Part shown: piece by piece, positions 24,455-35,921 of the stretch | Layout of the letters: each line of letters starts with the position of its first letter | Position numbering within the stretch: position 1 is the first letter of the stretch | Assembly (NCBI GenBank): GCA_032718475.1 | Contig: JAUCBJ010006858.1 | Span: 1-50,796 of the forward strand | DNA length: 50,796 bases | From: Nemertoderma westbladi | Taxonomy: Eukaryota; Animalia; Xenacoelomorpha | Direction of reading: 5' to 3' | The notes under the pieces: model-generated | What the model was told of the DNA's origin: nothing | The model's database searches: none | What the model saw: only the letters and a program-made list of their open reading frames with translations | Position numbers and translations under genes: made by a program

Positions 24455-25268
24455 GGATAGTACTTAAGTCATATCTGAACCTATCTGAAACCAATCTGGA
24501 CCCAATCTCGAGAATTATACCAAATTTGAACCCAATCTGAATCGAAAATAGAAAGTGGGGTGAAAATTATTAATTATTGCATCAACAATTTTTAAATGTG
24601 AAAAAATTTTGCATATCTTTTTCATATTTAAATTTGCGGTTAGCCGCAGCACTACTGCTGTATTGTACTGCTGTGCAGTCGTTAACGTTATAGCTCACCT
24701 CTACCGGTAAGCGCTATCCCAACTGACAACTACATAACTACGGCTGTACGGTTATCGTCGCAGTTCGGTTTCGGTCTAACGTTGGGTAGGCCTACGGTAG
24801 GTTACTAGTGCCTGGTACCGTATATGTATGTAGAGACAGCTGGAATAATGTAGGTTAGGGAACGGTACCAGGCACTAGTAACCTACCCAACATTAGACCG
24901 AAACCGAACTGCTCTGAGAATCGTACACCCGAAGTTCTGTAATTGTCAGTTGGGATAACGCCTACCGGTAAAGGTGAGCTAATGTATAACGTTAGGTACG
25001 TCACGACTTAACGACTGCACAGTGCAGCAGTAACTTCAGACTTCAGTCCCCAATACAGCAGTAGTGCTGCGGCTGCCCGCAAATTTAAATATGAAAAAAG
25101 ATATGTAAAATTTCTTCAAATTTCAAAATTGTTGATGCAATAATTAATAACTTTTAACCCTCTTTCTATTTTCGATTCAGATTGGGTTCAGATTTGGTAT
25201 AATTCTCGAGATTGGGTCCAGATTGGGTTCAGATTGGCTTCAGGTTTAGATATGACTAAGTACTATCC
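24455..25268. mobile_element. Long-TIR MITE with a 9-bp target-site duplication (Mutator-like)
   Basis: Termini ggatagtac...gtactatcc. The arms pair inward to 24820/24863. Flanked by ctcaatcgg at 24446-24454 and 25269-25277 (a 7-bp TSD reading is also possible). Confidence 0.88.
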
Positions 25269-26038
25269 CTCAATCGGTTAGGCTATGGACCTTATAGTTG
25301 AGTTGAGATTAACAGCAATTAAAAAAAGGCAATAAATAAAAGCAATAAAAGCATTGGTGCCTGAACATTCAAGGACATGGTGTATGTTACATGAAATTAC
25401 ACACATTCTTAATAATTTAGCTTTAATAATATGATATAAAATAATCATTTAAAAATATACTGAAAACACAACTAGTCACATCACTTTAGCAATTCCATAT
25501 CAATCTCAACACACTTTATGTTGTAGTTGATGTAATTCTCTGTGGCTGTTTATTCTAAGATACAACACCGCCACTAGAGGTCAACGCCAAGTTTTCATAT
25601 TGTTTTTACGGGGTAAGCGCTGCTCCTACGCCTACGCCTATGCCTACATATTACGAATAATACATATAAATATTTAAAGGAGCATCTGCTGAGAAAACCT
25701 AAACAATTACTCAACCAGAAAGTCACACTTTGGAAACATAATTATATTTTAATAAATACACAAGCGAACATAATTACACGTGCTAACTAAATCACAGCAT
25801 ATGTTTGTTTATCATTATAGAGTAGAGTAAGTTTGAATATCTTTAATATTAATAGGCCTACTAACTGATGTCATTTTTAAATAAAATTACTATTTTAATG
25901 GCTTTATATAAATTTCGAACATATAAATTTCAAAACAATTTTGAAAAACCAAATTTTAGGAGATGTATTAATTTTCTACACAATAAATAATAATTAGTTG
26001 TTTATAAATTTTTGATTTGCAATTCCTAACAATCAACA

Positions 26039-26281
26039 ATGAAAGTGTGTGTGTTTGGAACAGTTGACAGCAAGGCAGAAGCATTGGAGTATTTGACTTG
26101 CAGTCTTGAATGCGAAGGAATGCAGACTTTAGTGATTAATTGCGGCACAATGCCGTTACAACACGATAAAACCTTCAATCATGATAGGATCGATGTCTTT
26201 ACCGACGAGGAATGTAACAAATTTGAAGTGGAAAGAAAAGGCGGAATCGATAATTCTCAGGCCGTACGAGAAATAATCATC
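26039..26281 (+). CDS. UPF0261 / Tm-1-like ATP-binding domain protein, exon 1
   Basis: MKVCVFGTVDSKAEALEYL resembles the UPF0261 N-terminal GTxDTKxxE motif. Donor atc|gtaagt, phase 0. Confidence 0.85.
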
Positions 26282-26709
26282 GTAAGTTTTTACTCAATTT
26301 AATAGGGTGGGTAGTCAGTTATTTGTCTCTGTCTCTGTAAAGTATTAGTTTAAACCAAATTATTTATTTGTTGCCTAGAACAGTGTAATAAACAGTGTAA
26401 TATCTAATTTCAACACAACTGCTTTAGAAAATAAATACAATGAACAATAATATCTAAGATTAAAAATAAATACTTATGAGGTAATATGGAGTGCGGCAGT
26501 AGTGGCATGGTCTGCCAACACCCAGCTGTCCAGGTACTCGAAATAAATCAATTTGAACGGTTGGAGAAGCTCCTAAATAGATGGAAATTGTCCGCGCAAC
26601 AGTTGTGTAGTATGAGCTGCCCAATGTCAGTTCTTGATGTGCTCTCATTTCTTAAAGATTCTGGGACTGTTGTGATTGTCCCATAGCGCGTTTGTGTATT
26701 TACTGTATT

Positions 26710-26845
26710 CAATTCAATTCAATTATATTTTATTTATTCCGTTATATATATGTAAATTGATTAATGTCACAAAAACAATATCGATTACGGAAAGGGGTAA
26801 ACGCGAATAGCACAATGTGCTAGTAAATTGCGTTCAACCCTGTCG
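26710..26845 (-). mobile_element. Short retroposon 3' end with an (attga)n tail, inside intron 1
   Basis: The minus strand ends aataaaatataattgaattgaattgaat. The same ~40 bp recurs at about 47640-47680. Confidence 0.45.
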
Positions 26846-27523
26846 GTGGAATAAAAATACAAGAACACAATGTTGTACAAGTTACTGTATAACGCAACAA
26901 GCTCCCCTATCACTACGCTAAGCCATAGCACACCGCGACCCCCACCACCCCACGACCCAACCACGCAGCCAAGCGTCCCGTAGGTAACCCATCTGTCAGT
27001 GCTGATGCTAGATGTTACTGTACCTGCATATGTTGAATATCTGCAGTCTCTGTTGTGAATAGAGACAATTTTAACTTTTTAACGAATAATTTTTTAGTAC
27101 TTATTTTTGATAGTGATTCTGGTAGGTGATTCCAAAGAAATGGCCCGAAGTATGATATAGAGCGTTGACCGACAACCAAATTTACACGGGGAATAAAAAA
27201 CTTATTTGCTGTGGTTGATCGTGTCCCCTAGCGGTGAATGTCCGAAGTGAATGTGAATAAATTGCCCAAGTCAGATGTATCATATTTATAGAATATGCCG
27301 TGCATGAACGATAATAATTGTAAACGATGTAAATGTTGAATGCTCAATATCTGCTTTACGGTACGGCTTTAACATATCAGACTGTGATTGATTATTACCA
27401 AAATATTGGGTTCAATATATCATTTATACGGGTCCCCTCAACCTTAGCACACTGGGGCTGTTTAATGTACCTACTGTACTATTAAAACTAAGTATTAATT
27501 GTGCACTATGATATTTATTTCAG

Positions 27524-28128
27524 GATAAGGCTCGTAAAATACTTTTACAAGTGCATTCTGATGAAGGATTCGATACCATATTGGCCATGGGGGGATTCAA
27601 TGGAACCAACATTGCTTTTGAGTGTTTGTCGCAACTACCTGGCGATGTTAGAAAGATTCTCATATCCACGATGGGATTGCACGTCGTCCATCCGACAATT
27701 GAAGTCATTCCATCAGTGGTTGACATCCTGGGCCTTAATGTGGTTTTAAAATCGGTAATATGTTATGCAGCTCAGTTGGTCGGTGGTAAAACTAACCCAG
27801 TTCACAAGAAGTCTAAGAATATGAACTCCCTTGAGCATGGTCTGGCATTCATTGATGAAGTGTTGCCAAAAAGATTAGCTACATGTGGAGCCGCGAAACG
27901 GGTTGCAATGTCGATGATAGGAACTACTACGCCGTGTGTGGAACGTTGCTTCCAGATGTTAGTGGACGCCGGTTACGAAGTCGTTACATTCCATGTTGTA
28001 GCTGGTGGTGGGGATGTATTTACAGCCATGGCCGACAGGGGCATGTTCAAGGGAGGGGTTATAGACATCACCACCTCGGAGATTCTGGACACATTTTGCG
28101 ATGGTATATATCCAGCGGCACCAAAAAG
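27524..28128 (+). CDS. UPF0261 / Tm-1-like protein, exon 2
   Basis: Acceptor tttcag|. Family motifs MGGFNGT, LPGDVRKILIST, SVVDILGLN, SMIGTTTPCV, GYEVVTFH, IDITTSEILD. Donor ag|gttggt, phase 2. Confidence 0.9.
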
Positions 28129-28361
28129 GTTGGTTTGATAAACAGATAGTGTATCTAAATTATAGGCTAAATATATCAAGTTATTTCAATTATTCACATA
28201 CGAGAATGGGAGACTTTCACGCCCACTATTTACTATCAGCTTTTACATGTTCAAATAATGATATTCCCAAAAATCTTTTCAGATTGTGGCTTACATAACT
28301 AATGTTTAATTTCTGATGTAATTTATATTTTGTTTATATTAGGTATGTAATTTTGTTTTAG

Positions 28362-28782
28362 GTATCAAATAGTTAGTACCCAACCAGATGTCCCTTATGT
28401 CATGGCACCTGGAGGCGTCGATGTCATCAAGTACGCAATAAATCAGTACCCACAATCTAGGAAGGACAGTTATTTGTTCGATTGGGCTAAAGTAAATTCT
28501 CTCTGCCGCGCCGGTCCAGATGATACGAGGAAAGTTGGAACCTTCCTGGCTAATGTGGCAAACAATGCAACATCCCGAGTTGCGGTTTGTCTTCCTAAAA
28601 CGTTCTCGAAGCTCAGCACACCGGGGAGTTTAGCCTATTTACCGGAGGCCGACAAGGCATTGGCAGAGGCTATAAAGGATAATTTGTCTCCGGGTGTAAC
28701 TCTTGTAACTTACTCTGGTGGAATTAATGATATGGACTTCGCTAATAGTGTTGGTAATACATTTTTATCTTTAGCTAAATAA
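28362..28782 (+). CDS. UPF0261 / Tm-1-like protein, exon 3 (to stop)
   Basis: Acceptor ttttag|g is phase-2 compatible. Motifs VPYVMAPGGVD, PEADKAL, INDMDFA. The spliced product is 422 aa with no internal stops. Confidence 0.88.
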
Positions 28783-29388
28783 ATTCCGGTATTGTTACCA
28801 ACTAACTCTAAGGGTTGTGTTTCAATAGAAATATGAATTTGTCGGTCCAGGTTTATGTTTAATGTAATTGTAATTAAATTTATTAATTGGTATGCTTACT
28901 CATGGCTGGCTGCATCACGTAATTATATCACTGTCTTGTTGTTGAGCTGCAGTACATATTGTTAGCTATTTGGTGTAAATAAGCCTCACCCTCAACATAA
29001 AACATTCATAGTTCAGTTCATCGATGTTAAATAAATTCTCTATTTCTCAACATTCTCTGGACTAACTACAGACAAACATTTTACGAATGACAATCAAAGG
29101 CTGACGGATAAGTGTTGTTACAACACCCAAAAACCGTGATAATTGTCAGCGGTGGGGTTTGTCATTGTCAGCCGCGTGTCTGTATTCCTATCCCACCCTA
29201 CCTACCGATACCATAGGCCTACAGTCACTGTAGTTTTAATGAGGAGGAGCATAGTTTGTAGTTGGTAGCAGTTGCATTTTTTTAGATCCGCGTAGCGAGA
29301 CCTCTAGTATTCACTCCGTTGTTGTTGTTGTTGTTGTGTTGTTGTTGTTGTTAATGTCTCGTTAGGTTTTGGTATTAAGGATTGATAC

Positions 29389-29655
29389 GGCCCCAGTGGC
29401 TCAGTTGGTAGAGCGTGGAACTTGGAATCTCTAAGGTACCGAGTTCAATCTCACATTCCGGTGAATGCTGTTGTAACGCAGGTGAAGCTGTTATATAAAA
29501 TATATTCCGTGGGAGTGAAATGTAGAACTTTCGACGTGATTAAAAGTCTTCTAGAGAACGCTGTCCAAATCTTTGATAGAGTACGCCTCTCAAAGTAATC
29601 AGGCAGCTACATGGAGTCCTTCCAGGCGACTGCCTCTCCCCCACACTATATTATC
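29389..29655 (+). mobile_element. tRNA-derived SINE
   Basis: Head ggccccagtggctcagttggtagagcg (A box) and gagttcaatc (degenerate B box). No proper acceptor stem. 3' boundary approximate. Confidence 0.65.
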
Positions 29656-29764
29656 TTTATGATACTTTTGCCATGTAACTTTTATTAGTATTGTTTATGT
29701 AATAATACAGGTAAGGTTAATGTTCTAGAACATACTGTGGACTCATTACATATTATTATATTTG

Positions 29765-29880
29765 TGGTAGCTAGTGTTTTTGATGGTAGCTACTGTTTTT
29801 GATGGTAGCTAGTGTTTTTGATGGTAGCTAGTGTTTTTGATGGTAGCTAGTGTTTTTGATGGTACTGTAGCTAGTTGTTT
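29765..29880. repeat. 19-bp minisatellite, about 6 copies
   Basis: Unit tggtagctagtgtttttga; the last copy carries a ctgta insertion. Confidence 0.9.
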
Positions 29881-29910
29881 TTTTCCCATTATAGCTATTA
29901 AAAAATTGTT

Positions 29911-31003
29911 TACCCCAGCCAGTCTTTTTTTCAACCGATTTTTTTAATGTCTTTTCCGATGTAAATTTTTATGTTGATTCCGAATCTGAAATCAGTTTTT
30001 TGATAAGTTGTTTCGTTCTCGAGTTATGGTAACTTTTGTAATTTTTACCCAAAATTTGAAAATTTTTAATTTTGGTGCATCACCTCATTTGACACCAAAA
30101 AAGACCATCAAACACCCAGAAATTTCGAAATATGGTGCCATTTTAGTAATCAGCGTCGAAAATTAGCCTATAGGTATCAAAAACGCAAAAGTAGATCATA
30201 TTTGAAAATTTTAAAAGATTTTCACTTTTGGTACATGTTTGGTCAGTTGTAATCCGGGGGAAATTTAAATGTCTATTTTCTCGCTTTGTTGGCCTTTTGG
30301 TACACTTTCTCTATCTAATTTTTACCTACTCTACCGATTTTCTTTCTGTTTACAGAATTATGTAGCGGAATATTCCACGCAAAAATTATGTTGAAGGAAT
30401 TTTGAAATTTTGTTAAAAAAAAGTTACTGTATGGCATTTTTCGTTTCAAAAATACCGAATCGAAAAAAGTCCAAAATTTCGCGATTTTTTACACAAAAAA
30501 TGCCATAACTTATTTTTAAAACAAAATTTCCAAATTCTGTCAACACAATTTTCGCGCGGAATATTCCTCTACATATTCTGCAAACAGAACGAAAATCGGT
30601 AGAGTAGGTAAAAAGTAGATAGAGAAAGTGTACCAAAAAGCCAACAAAGCGAGAAAATAGACATTTAAATTTCCCCCGTATTACAACTGACCAAACATGT
30701 ACCAAAAACGTGAAGTTTTTATAAAATTTTTCAAAAATAATCTTCTTTGGCGGTTTTGATACCTATAAGGTAATTTCCGCGCTAATTCCGAAAATGGCAA
30801 AATATTTCGACATTTCTGGGTGTTTGAAGATCTTTTTTGGTGTCAAATGTGGTGCTGCACAAAAATTTTCAAATTTTGGGTGAAAATTACATAAGATGCC
30901 ATAACTCGAGAACAAAACAACTTATAAAAAAAATGATTTCAGATTCGGAATCACCATATAATAACAACAAAAAATTCTGGTGAAAAAAAAAGACTGGGGG
31001 GGT
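29911..31003. mobile_element. Foldback/MITE-like palindrome, about 1.1 kb
   Basis: Arms of about 500 bp (29911-30420 vs 30510-31003) are reverse complements, for example 30230-30340 with 30595-30707. Confidence 0.85.
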
Positions 31004-31475
31004 GAACCCCCCCCCCCCCCCCCCTTAATTAGCCCGTTAATTTGAGCGCAGTTTATCAGCGAGATCAGCAGTAAAGATGGTTCTTTTGCACTTTAGTTGA
31101 CCAGGCCATGAAATTTTTTTTAATATTGTTTTTTTTATATAAATGTTACACGAAAATGCGAAAATGGAATATACATGGTGTGTTACCATATACTGTAGGC
31201 CTATTCATGTTGAAAAATCGGCAAAGTTGCATCAGCTCATAAGGATTTTATCACACTTCTATAATTACAGACTTCTAACATCACCCAATCGAAAGTTGGC
31301 CGAATGTAAAATATCTACATATTAGACTCATCAACAAGTATATTCTCAATAACGAACTGCAAACTGATCGATATTAAAATGAAATACAATAGGCAGCATA
31401 CTCATGTATTATATGGGTCTGTATGTCCTGACTGAACTGAAACTAATACTAATTATTCCAATCAATACCTTAATA

Positions 31476-32542
31476 CACCATGACCCGTAATATAGTGACA
31501 TTTTCTGTTGACACGGACCCCCCCCCCCCCAAATTTTTCTACAAATCTTTATCATATTGCTTGAAATTTGAAACACAACTAGTTCAACTCACCGTGGTTG
31601 TTACCATGAAGCCGGAATTTTCGATTTCGCCTTTAAATTTTATTTATAAGCGTTTTAAAAAGTGTCTTTTGCGAAATCGCACCCTCTGTATTATTGCCAT
31701 TCTTCACTTTAGTCGTAATTTTTTCACATCAATAGAAAGCTTGCGTTGCAAGGATTCCAAATATGTAACAATGTCTGAATTTCGTTGAGAAACAGCTGAG
31801 AAATAGGCATTCAAAGATTGCAAGAATTATTGTTCACTGCAGGCCATTTATTCTATTTAATAAATACACAATATTCTGGAACAATTTGTTTATGTATGAT
31901 TAGCTAGTTTTTTAGTTTTAATTTTTGTTATGTTATCCACGTTTTAAAAGTATATACATTAATTTAATATATCGGAATAATTAAATAACCATGTATTTAC
32001 TGTATATGCTCGGGTGTAGAGTTTATAACTACTTTGTAAAAAATGTAAACATTAAATCATTAAATCATTATCATTAAATGATTAGCTACGCAGTATAGAT
32101 ATTGTATAGGCATACCACTGTTACCAACCAACTCATAAAATAAATAACACGTTCTAGAATTTTGTGTATTTATTCAATAGAATAAATGGCCTGCAGCGAA
32201 CAATAATTATTGCAATCTTTGAACGCCTATTTCTCAGCTGTTTCTCAATGAAATTCAGATATTGCTACATATTTGGAATCCTTGCAACGCAAGCTTTCTA
32301 TTGATGTGAAAAAATTACGACTAAAGTGAAGAATGGCAATGATACAGAGGGTGCGATTTCGCAAAAGACATTTTTAAAAACGCTTATAAATAAAATTTAA
32401 AGGCGAAATCGAAAATTCCGGCTTCATGGTAACAACCACGGTGAGTTGAACTAGTGGATAAAGATTTGTAGAAAAATTTGGGGGGGGGGGGGGGGGGGGG
32501 GTCCGTGTCATCAGAAAATGACACTATATTACGGTCATGGTG
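31476..32542. mobile_element. Tc1/mariner-type MITE with ~390-bp TIRs and a TA TSD
   Basis: ta|caccatgacc...ggtcatggtg|ta. The arms are near-identical around an AT-rich core. Confidence 0.9.
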
Positions 32543-32885
32543 TAATACTGTATCTGTACTAAAAAAATAATAATACTACTACTGTATAATACTAATACTG
32601 CTATATTTACTGAAAAATAATACCTGTGGGGCCTACTGCAAAAATCGACAATCTGTTAATCCGTAGGCATACTGTATATTACTCCATAGTAGAAGTACCG
32701 GTAGAGCATATGTACAAATCGAAGTCAATCGATAAAGGCGCCTCCTCTGAACTACTAAGCAGAAAATCTTTAGGACTAATCCTACATGTTATGTTGGGCA
32801 ATCATCTGCCATATAGGCTAACTACATTGTTTGGTGTATTCGTTATTGTTTTTACATAATGTAGAAAAATCGATCTATCTATAGG

Positions 32886-33709
32886 CCAGGTTGGAATTCA
32901 TGCATGAGCGAGCAGGTAGGCGGCCTACACTTTGTTGTTTCGAGATCACCGCGCACCTGAAATTGGCTCGTCGCGCACCTCATCATAATGATAATCCACT
33001 CAAAACCGCGCAGCTCATGTCATTGATATCTCAAAAAATCGCGCAGCTCATAAGAACAATTTTACATTCAAATTCAGTTTCAAAGCTTATCTTAAGACAT
33101 TTCTGTACGTTGAATCTACATAATAAATGTAAACAGTAAATGCAACATCAAAATTTTTAATATTAAAAAAATATTTTTTTAATCCACTACATTTACTGAT
33201 TTACATTTGAATATACATTACTCTACTGTATAAAATTTGAATAAAATGCAATAGTTAATTTTCATTAGGTACCAGTAATACTTGATACTTACTGACTTAG
33301 AATCCCTAACAATTAGACTTCACAATTTGGCTTATATAATTAGGTCATACTTATTAATACATTGTCACTTTCTGACTTTACCTGTTTACTAACTTTCTGT
33401 AACTAACATAATAACAATAGTCTGATAGTACCTAGTTAAAATAAATTTATAAATTTTCAGCTCCGGAATTACGGTGAAATGATTTGACTGCTCGAAGAAT
33501 TGGGAATAAGGAAGAAACGCGAGCGAAGCGAGCGAAATTTTTTTGTGTATTTTCGTGATTTCAATTAATTTGTGGTGCGCATCAGAGCTGCGCCAGTGCG
33601 CGCTGAGGCGCAACACGCACCTGTGGCACCCAAACGCGCAACGCGCATCTGGTTCGCGGTCATTCGCGCAGCTACACGTCCGAGTTTTGCAGCATGAATT
33701 CCAACCTGG
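32886..33709. mobile_element. Non-autonomous DNA transposon with 18-bp TIRs and an 8-bp TSD (hAT- or P-like)
   Basis: TIR ccaggttggaattcatgc / gcatgaattccaacctgg. TSD tctatagg at 32878-32885 and 33710-33717. Subterminal cgcgca motifs. Confidence 0.85.
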
Positions 33710-33975
33710 TCTATAGGCTCATTCCAATGTAAAGTACGGTACATTCGTACACAATTTTGAACTTTGATTGCCTGTACAATGTTATTCACAGCACATATGT
33801 GCACAAAATTGTGCTTGGATTGAACTTTCGAATATCAGCTTTGATTTCGCGAAGCTTATGGCGGGTCTTAGTCACTTTTGAGAAAACACCAGCTTGTCCA
33901 ATTAAGGTAAAGTACGGATTCGTACGAAATGGTTTTTTTTATTTTAATATATATATTAATATATAACTCCGCTAT

Positions 33976-34552
33976 ATTATAACACTCCATTATAATACAG
34001 TGCACTAGCAATCGCCATTATAATGGTAAAATAAAGTATGGGACAATTTTCAATTGGCCGTCATGATGTTTTTCTGAGGGAGTAGATTATGAAACTACAG
34101 GTAATTGTTTCTTAAGATGACGCAACACAAACGTGCTTTGCATTCCACTGGGTGATTGGGCTGAGTTAGACTACTTGTCTGTGTATGAATTAAAAATTTC
34201 ACTATTTTTAGATAAAGCATGGGACTTTACATGCAAAAACCAAAAGAGTTCTTGACTGAGGAATGATCCTCAGTTCAAATAGACTCATATTCTTACGGCC
34301 GACTATGACCTTAGAGTATTATAACACTCCTGGCTTCACATATTACATTAATACAGTGCACTAATATAAATCGACATTTTAATGGTAAAGTATGGGACAA
34401 TTTTAAATTGGCGGCCATGATATTTCTGAGGGAGTGAAGATGAAACTAATTGTTTTCGTGCTTTGCATTCCACTGGGTGATTAGGCTGAGTTACATCTCT
34501 GTGAATAAACTAAAGATTTCACTATTTTAGGTAAAGTATGGGACATCACATG
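33976..34552. repeat. Diverged tandem duplication (period about 340 bp)
   Basis: tattataacactcc...taatacagtgcacta...aaagtatgggacaatttt...cgtgctttgcattccactgggtgatt occurs twice, starting at 33976 and 34317. Confidence 0.85.
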
Positions 34553-34889
34553 ATTAACTTTATCGATTTCATTACAGAGGAATGAAACACTGGTGAAATT
34601 AAATGAAAAAAAATTCCAAAAAACCAAAAAAATCGAAAATGGGTTTGTTTTTGATTTGGTACATGCTCAGAAATGTTAATTTATTGGTCATAGGAAGTGC
34701 CTACGGGAAACGAAACTTTTGCACACTTTTATTCACATTTTGTGTAGGGAAGGTGCATAATTTTTAATTCGACAATTTTTGAGAAACCACCTGTGTGTAA
34801 GCGGATCCAATTCGCTGCACTACCCAGCGGAAAATGGGGAAAGTGGCTTTTTACCGATTATAGTTGGCTAGGTGACATTACTAATATAA

Positions 34890-35413
34890 TGTCACCTAAC
34901 AACCAACGAAGGCAATATACATTGCCAGCCACAAGGAGAGATGAGAGGCTATAGGCCATCTCAGGGGGACAAAGGAAGCCAGCACGTGGGTATCAGAGAA
35001 CAGGGAGTGCCAAGGGAAGGACGGATAGATTAGCCAATGGTGGGGCAGAACACCATCTAATTGGGATGCATCCATTGGCCAGGCCACGTACCAAGTAGCA
35101 ATATTCTATATATGTTAGTAATATAACCGTTGCCTTTATTACCTGTTGTTCTGTTAGTTTGTGTAGAGCTGTGGAAGCAAGACGGTTTAGACCGTCATCG
35201 TCGTCAGTAACCGTGCTATTATTGTATTCTGACTGTGCTATTATTGTATTCTGACATTACGAACAACTGCCACTAAAAACTCAGTTATTCTTTCGACCTC
35301 CGGCCTTTCAGATACCACAAGCCTTTCAGCAGCCAGCGGACGCGGCGATGCGTATTATCCAAAAGCAAACACATCGGTCGGGATTCCCTCGCCAACTCGG
35401 GGTTCCCGTCACA
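34890..35413 (+). mobile_element. Probable solo LTR
   Basis: tgtcac...cccgtcaca (TG...CA). Shares ordered motifs (gccaca..gagag, acagggagtgccaa, agccaat, ggtcgggat...cccgt.aca) with the minus strand of 37311-37844. No clear TSD. Confidence 0.55.
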
Positions 35414-35820
35414 ATGTGTTGGTACAATTCTTAGCACTGAATTCATGAAGTACGATAAATTTTGACCTAAAATAAGTATAAATTCAAAGCTACATCTCAT
35501 TTTTCGAAATTAGTGGGGAGGTTGACCTTTTCATGGAATGAGCCTTTAACGTTTACTTTGAGTTTTTGATTTATCTTAACAATTGGATCGCCCATTAACA
35601 AATCCGAATTCCTGCACGCAAATCAGAGTGACTGGTTGTAAAGCTAAGTTCACCGTTTGTGTGGAAAAAAATGAGCCAAATCGTTCATAGTCGTCCTCAT
35701 CCTCATCAGTCACTTACTCCATCTTTTATTATTTGTAGTAACAATGTGTTGGCAAGCTGTATTTTTCGAGGTGTTTGTTATTATACATGTGGTCTTATTA
35801 TACATGTGGTGTTATTATAC

Positions 35821-35878
35821 TGTGGCCTAGTGGTTGTAGTCTTGGCTTCCACCTCGAGATCCCAGGTTCGAATCCGAC
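35821..35878 (+). promoter_or_regulatory. tRNA-derived Pol III promoter (SINE head)
   Basis: A box tggcctagtgg at 35823-35833 and a perfect B box ggttcgaatcc at 35865-35875. Confidence 0.8.
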
Positions 35879-35921
35879 ACCACGCTGATGAGACCCAGTA
35901 AGGTCGAAACGCGTACGTGGT
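35879..35921 (+). ncRNA. Minimal type I hammerhead ribozyme
   Basis: accacg-CTGATGA-gacc(cagtaa)ggtc-GAAA-cgcg-TA-cgtggt: stem I of 6 bp, stem II of 4 bp, a palindromic minimal stem III and a GUA cleavage triplet. Confidence 0.85.

Noticed and set aside
26460-26686. Short ORFs in intron 1 of the Tm-1-like gene as an extra exon
   Set aside because: Exons 1 and 2 already join in phase with continuous family similarity, and these ORFs show no recognisable motifs.
29389-29461. Functional tRNA gene
   Set aside because: The acceptor and T stems do not pair properly and the B box is degenerate; better explained as a SINE head.
32884-33711. TA-TSD element with GGCC termini as the source of TAGGCCTA footprints
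   Set aside because: An exact 8-bp TSD (tctatagg) fits boundaries 32886-33709 better.
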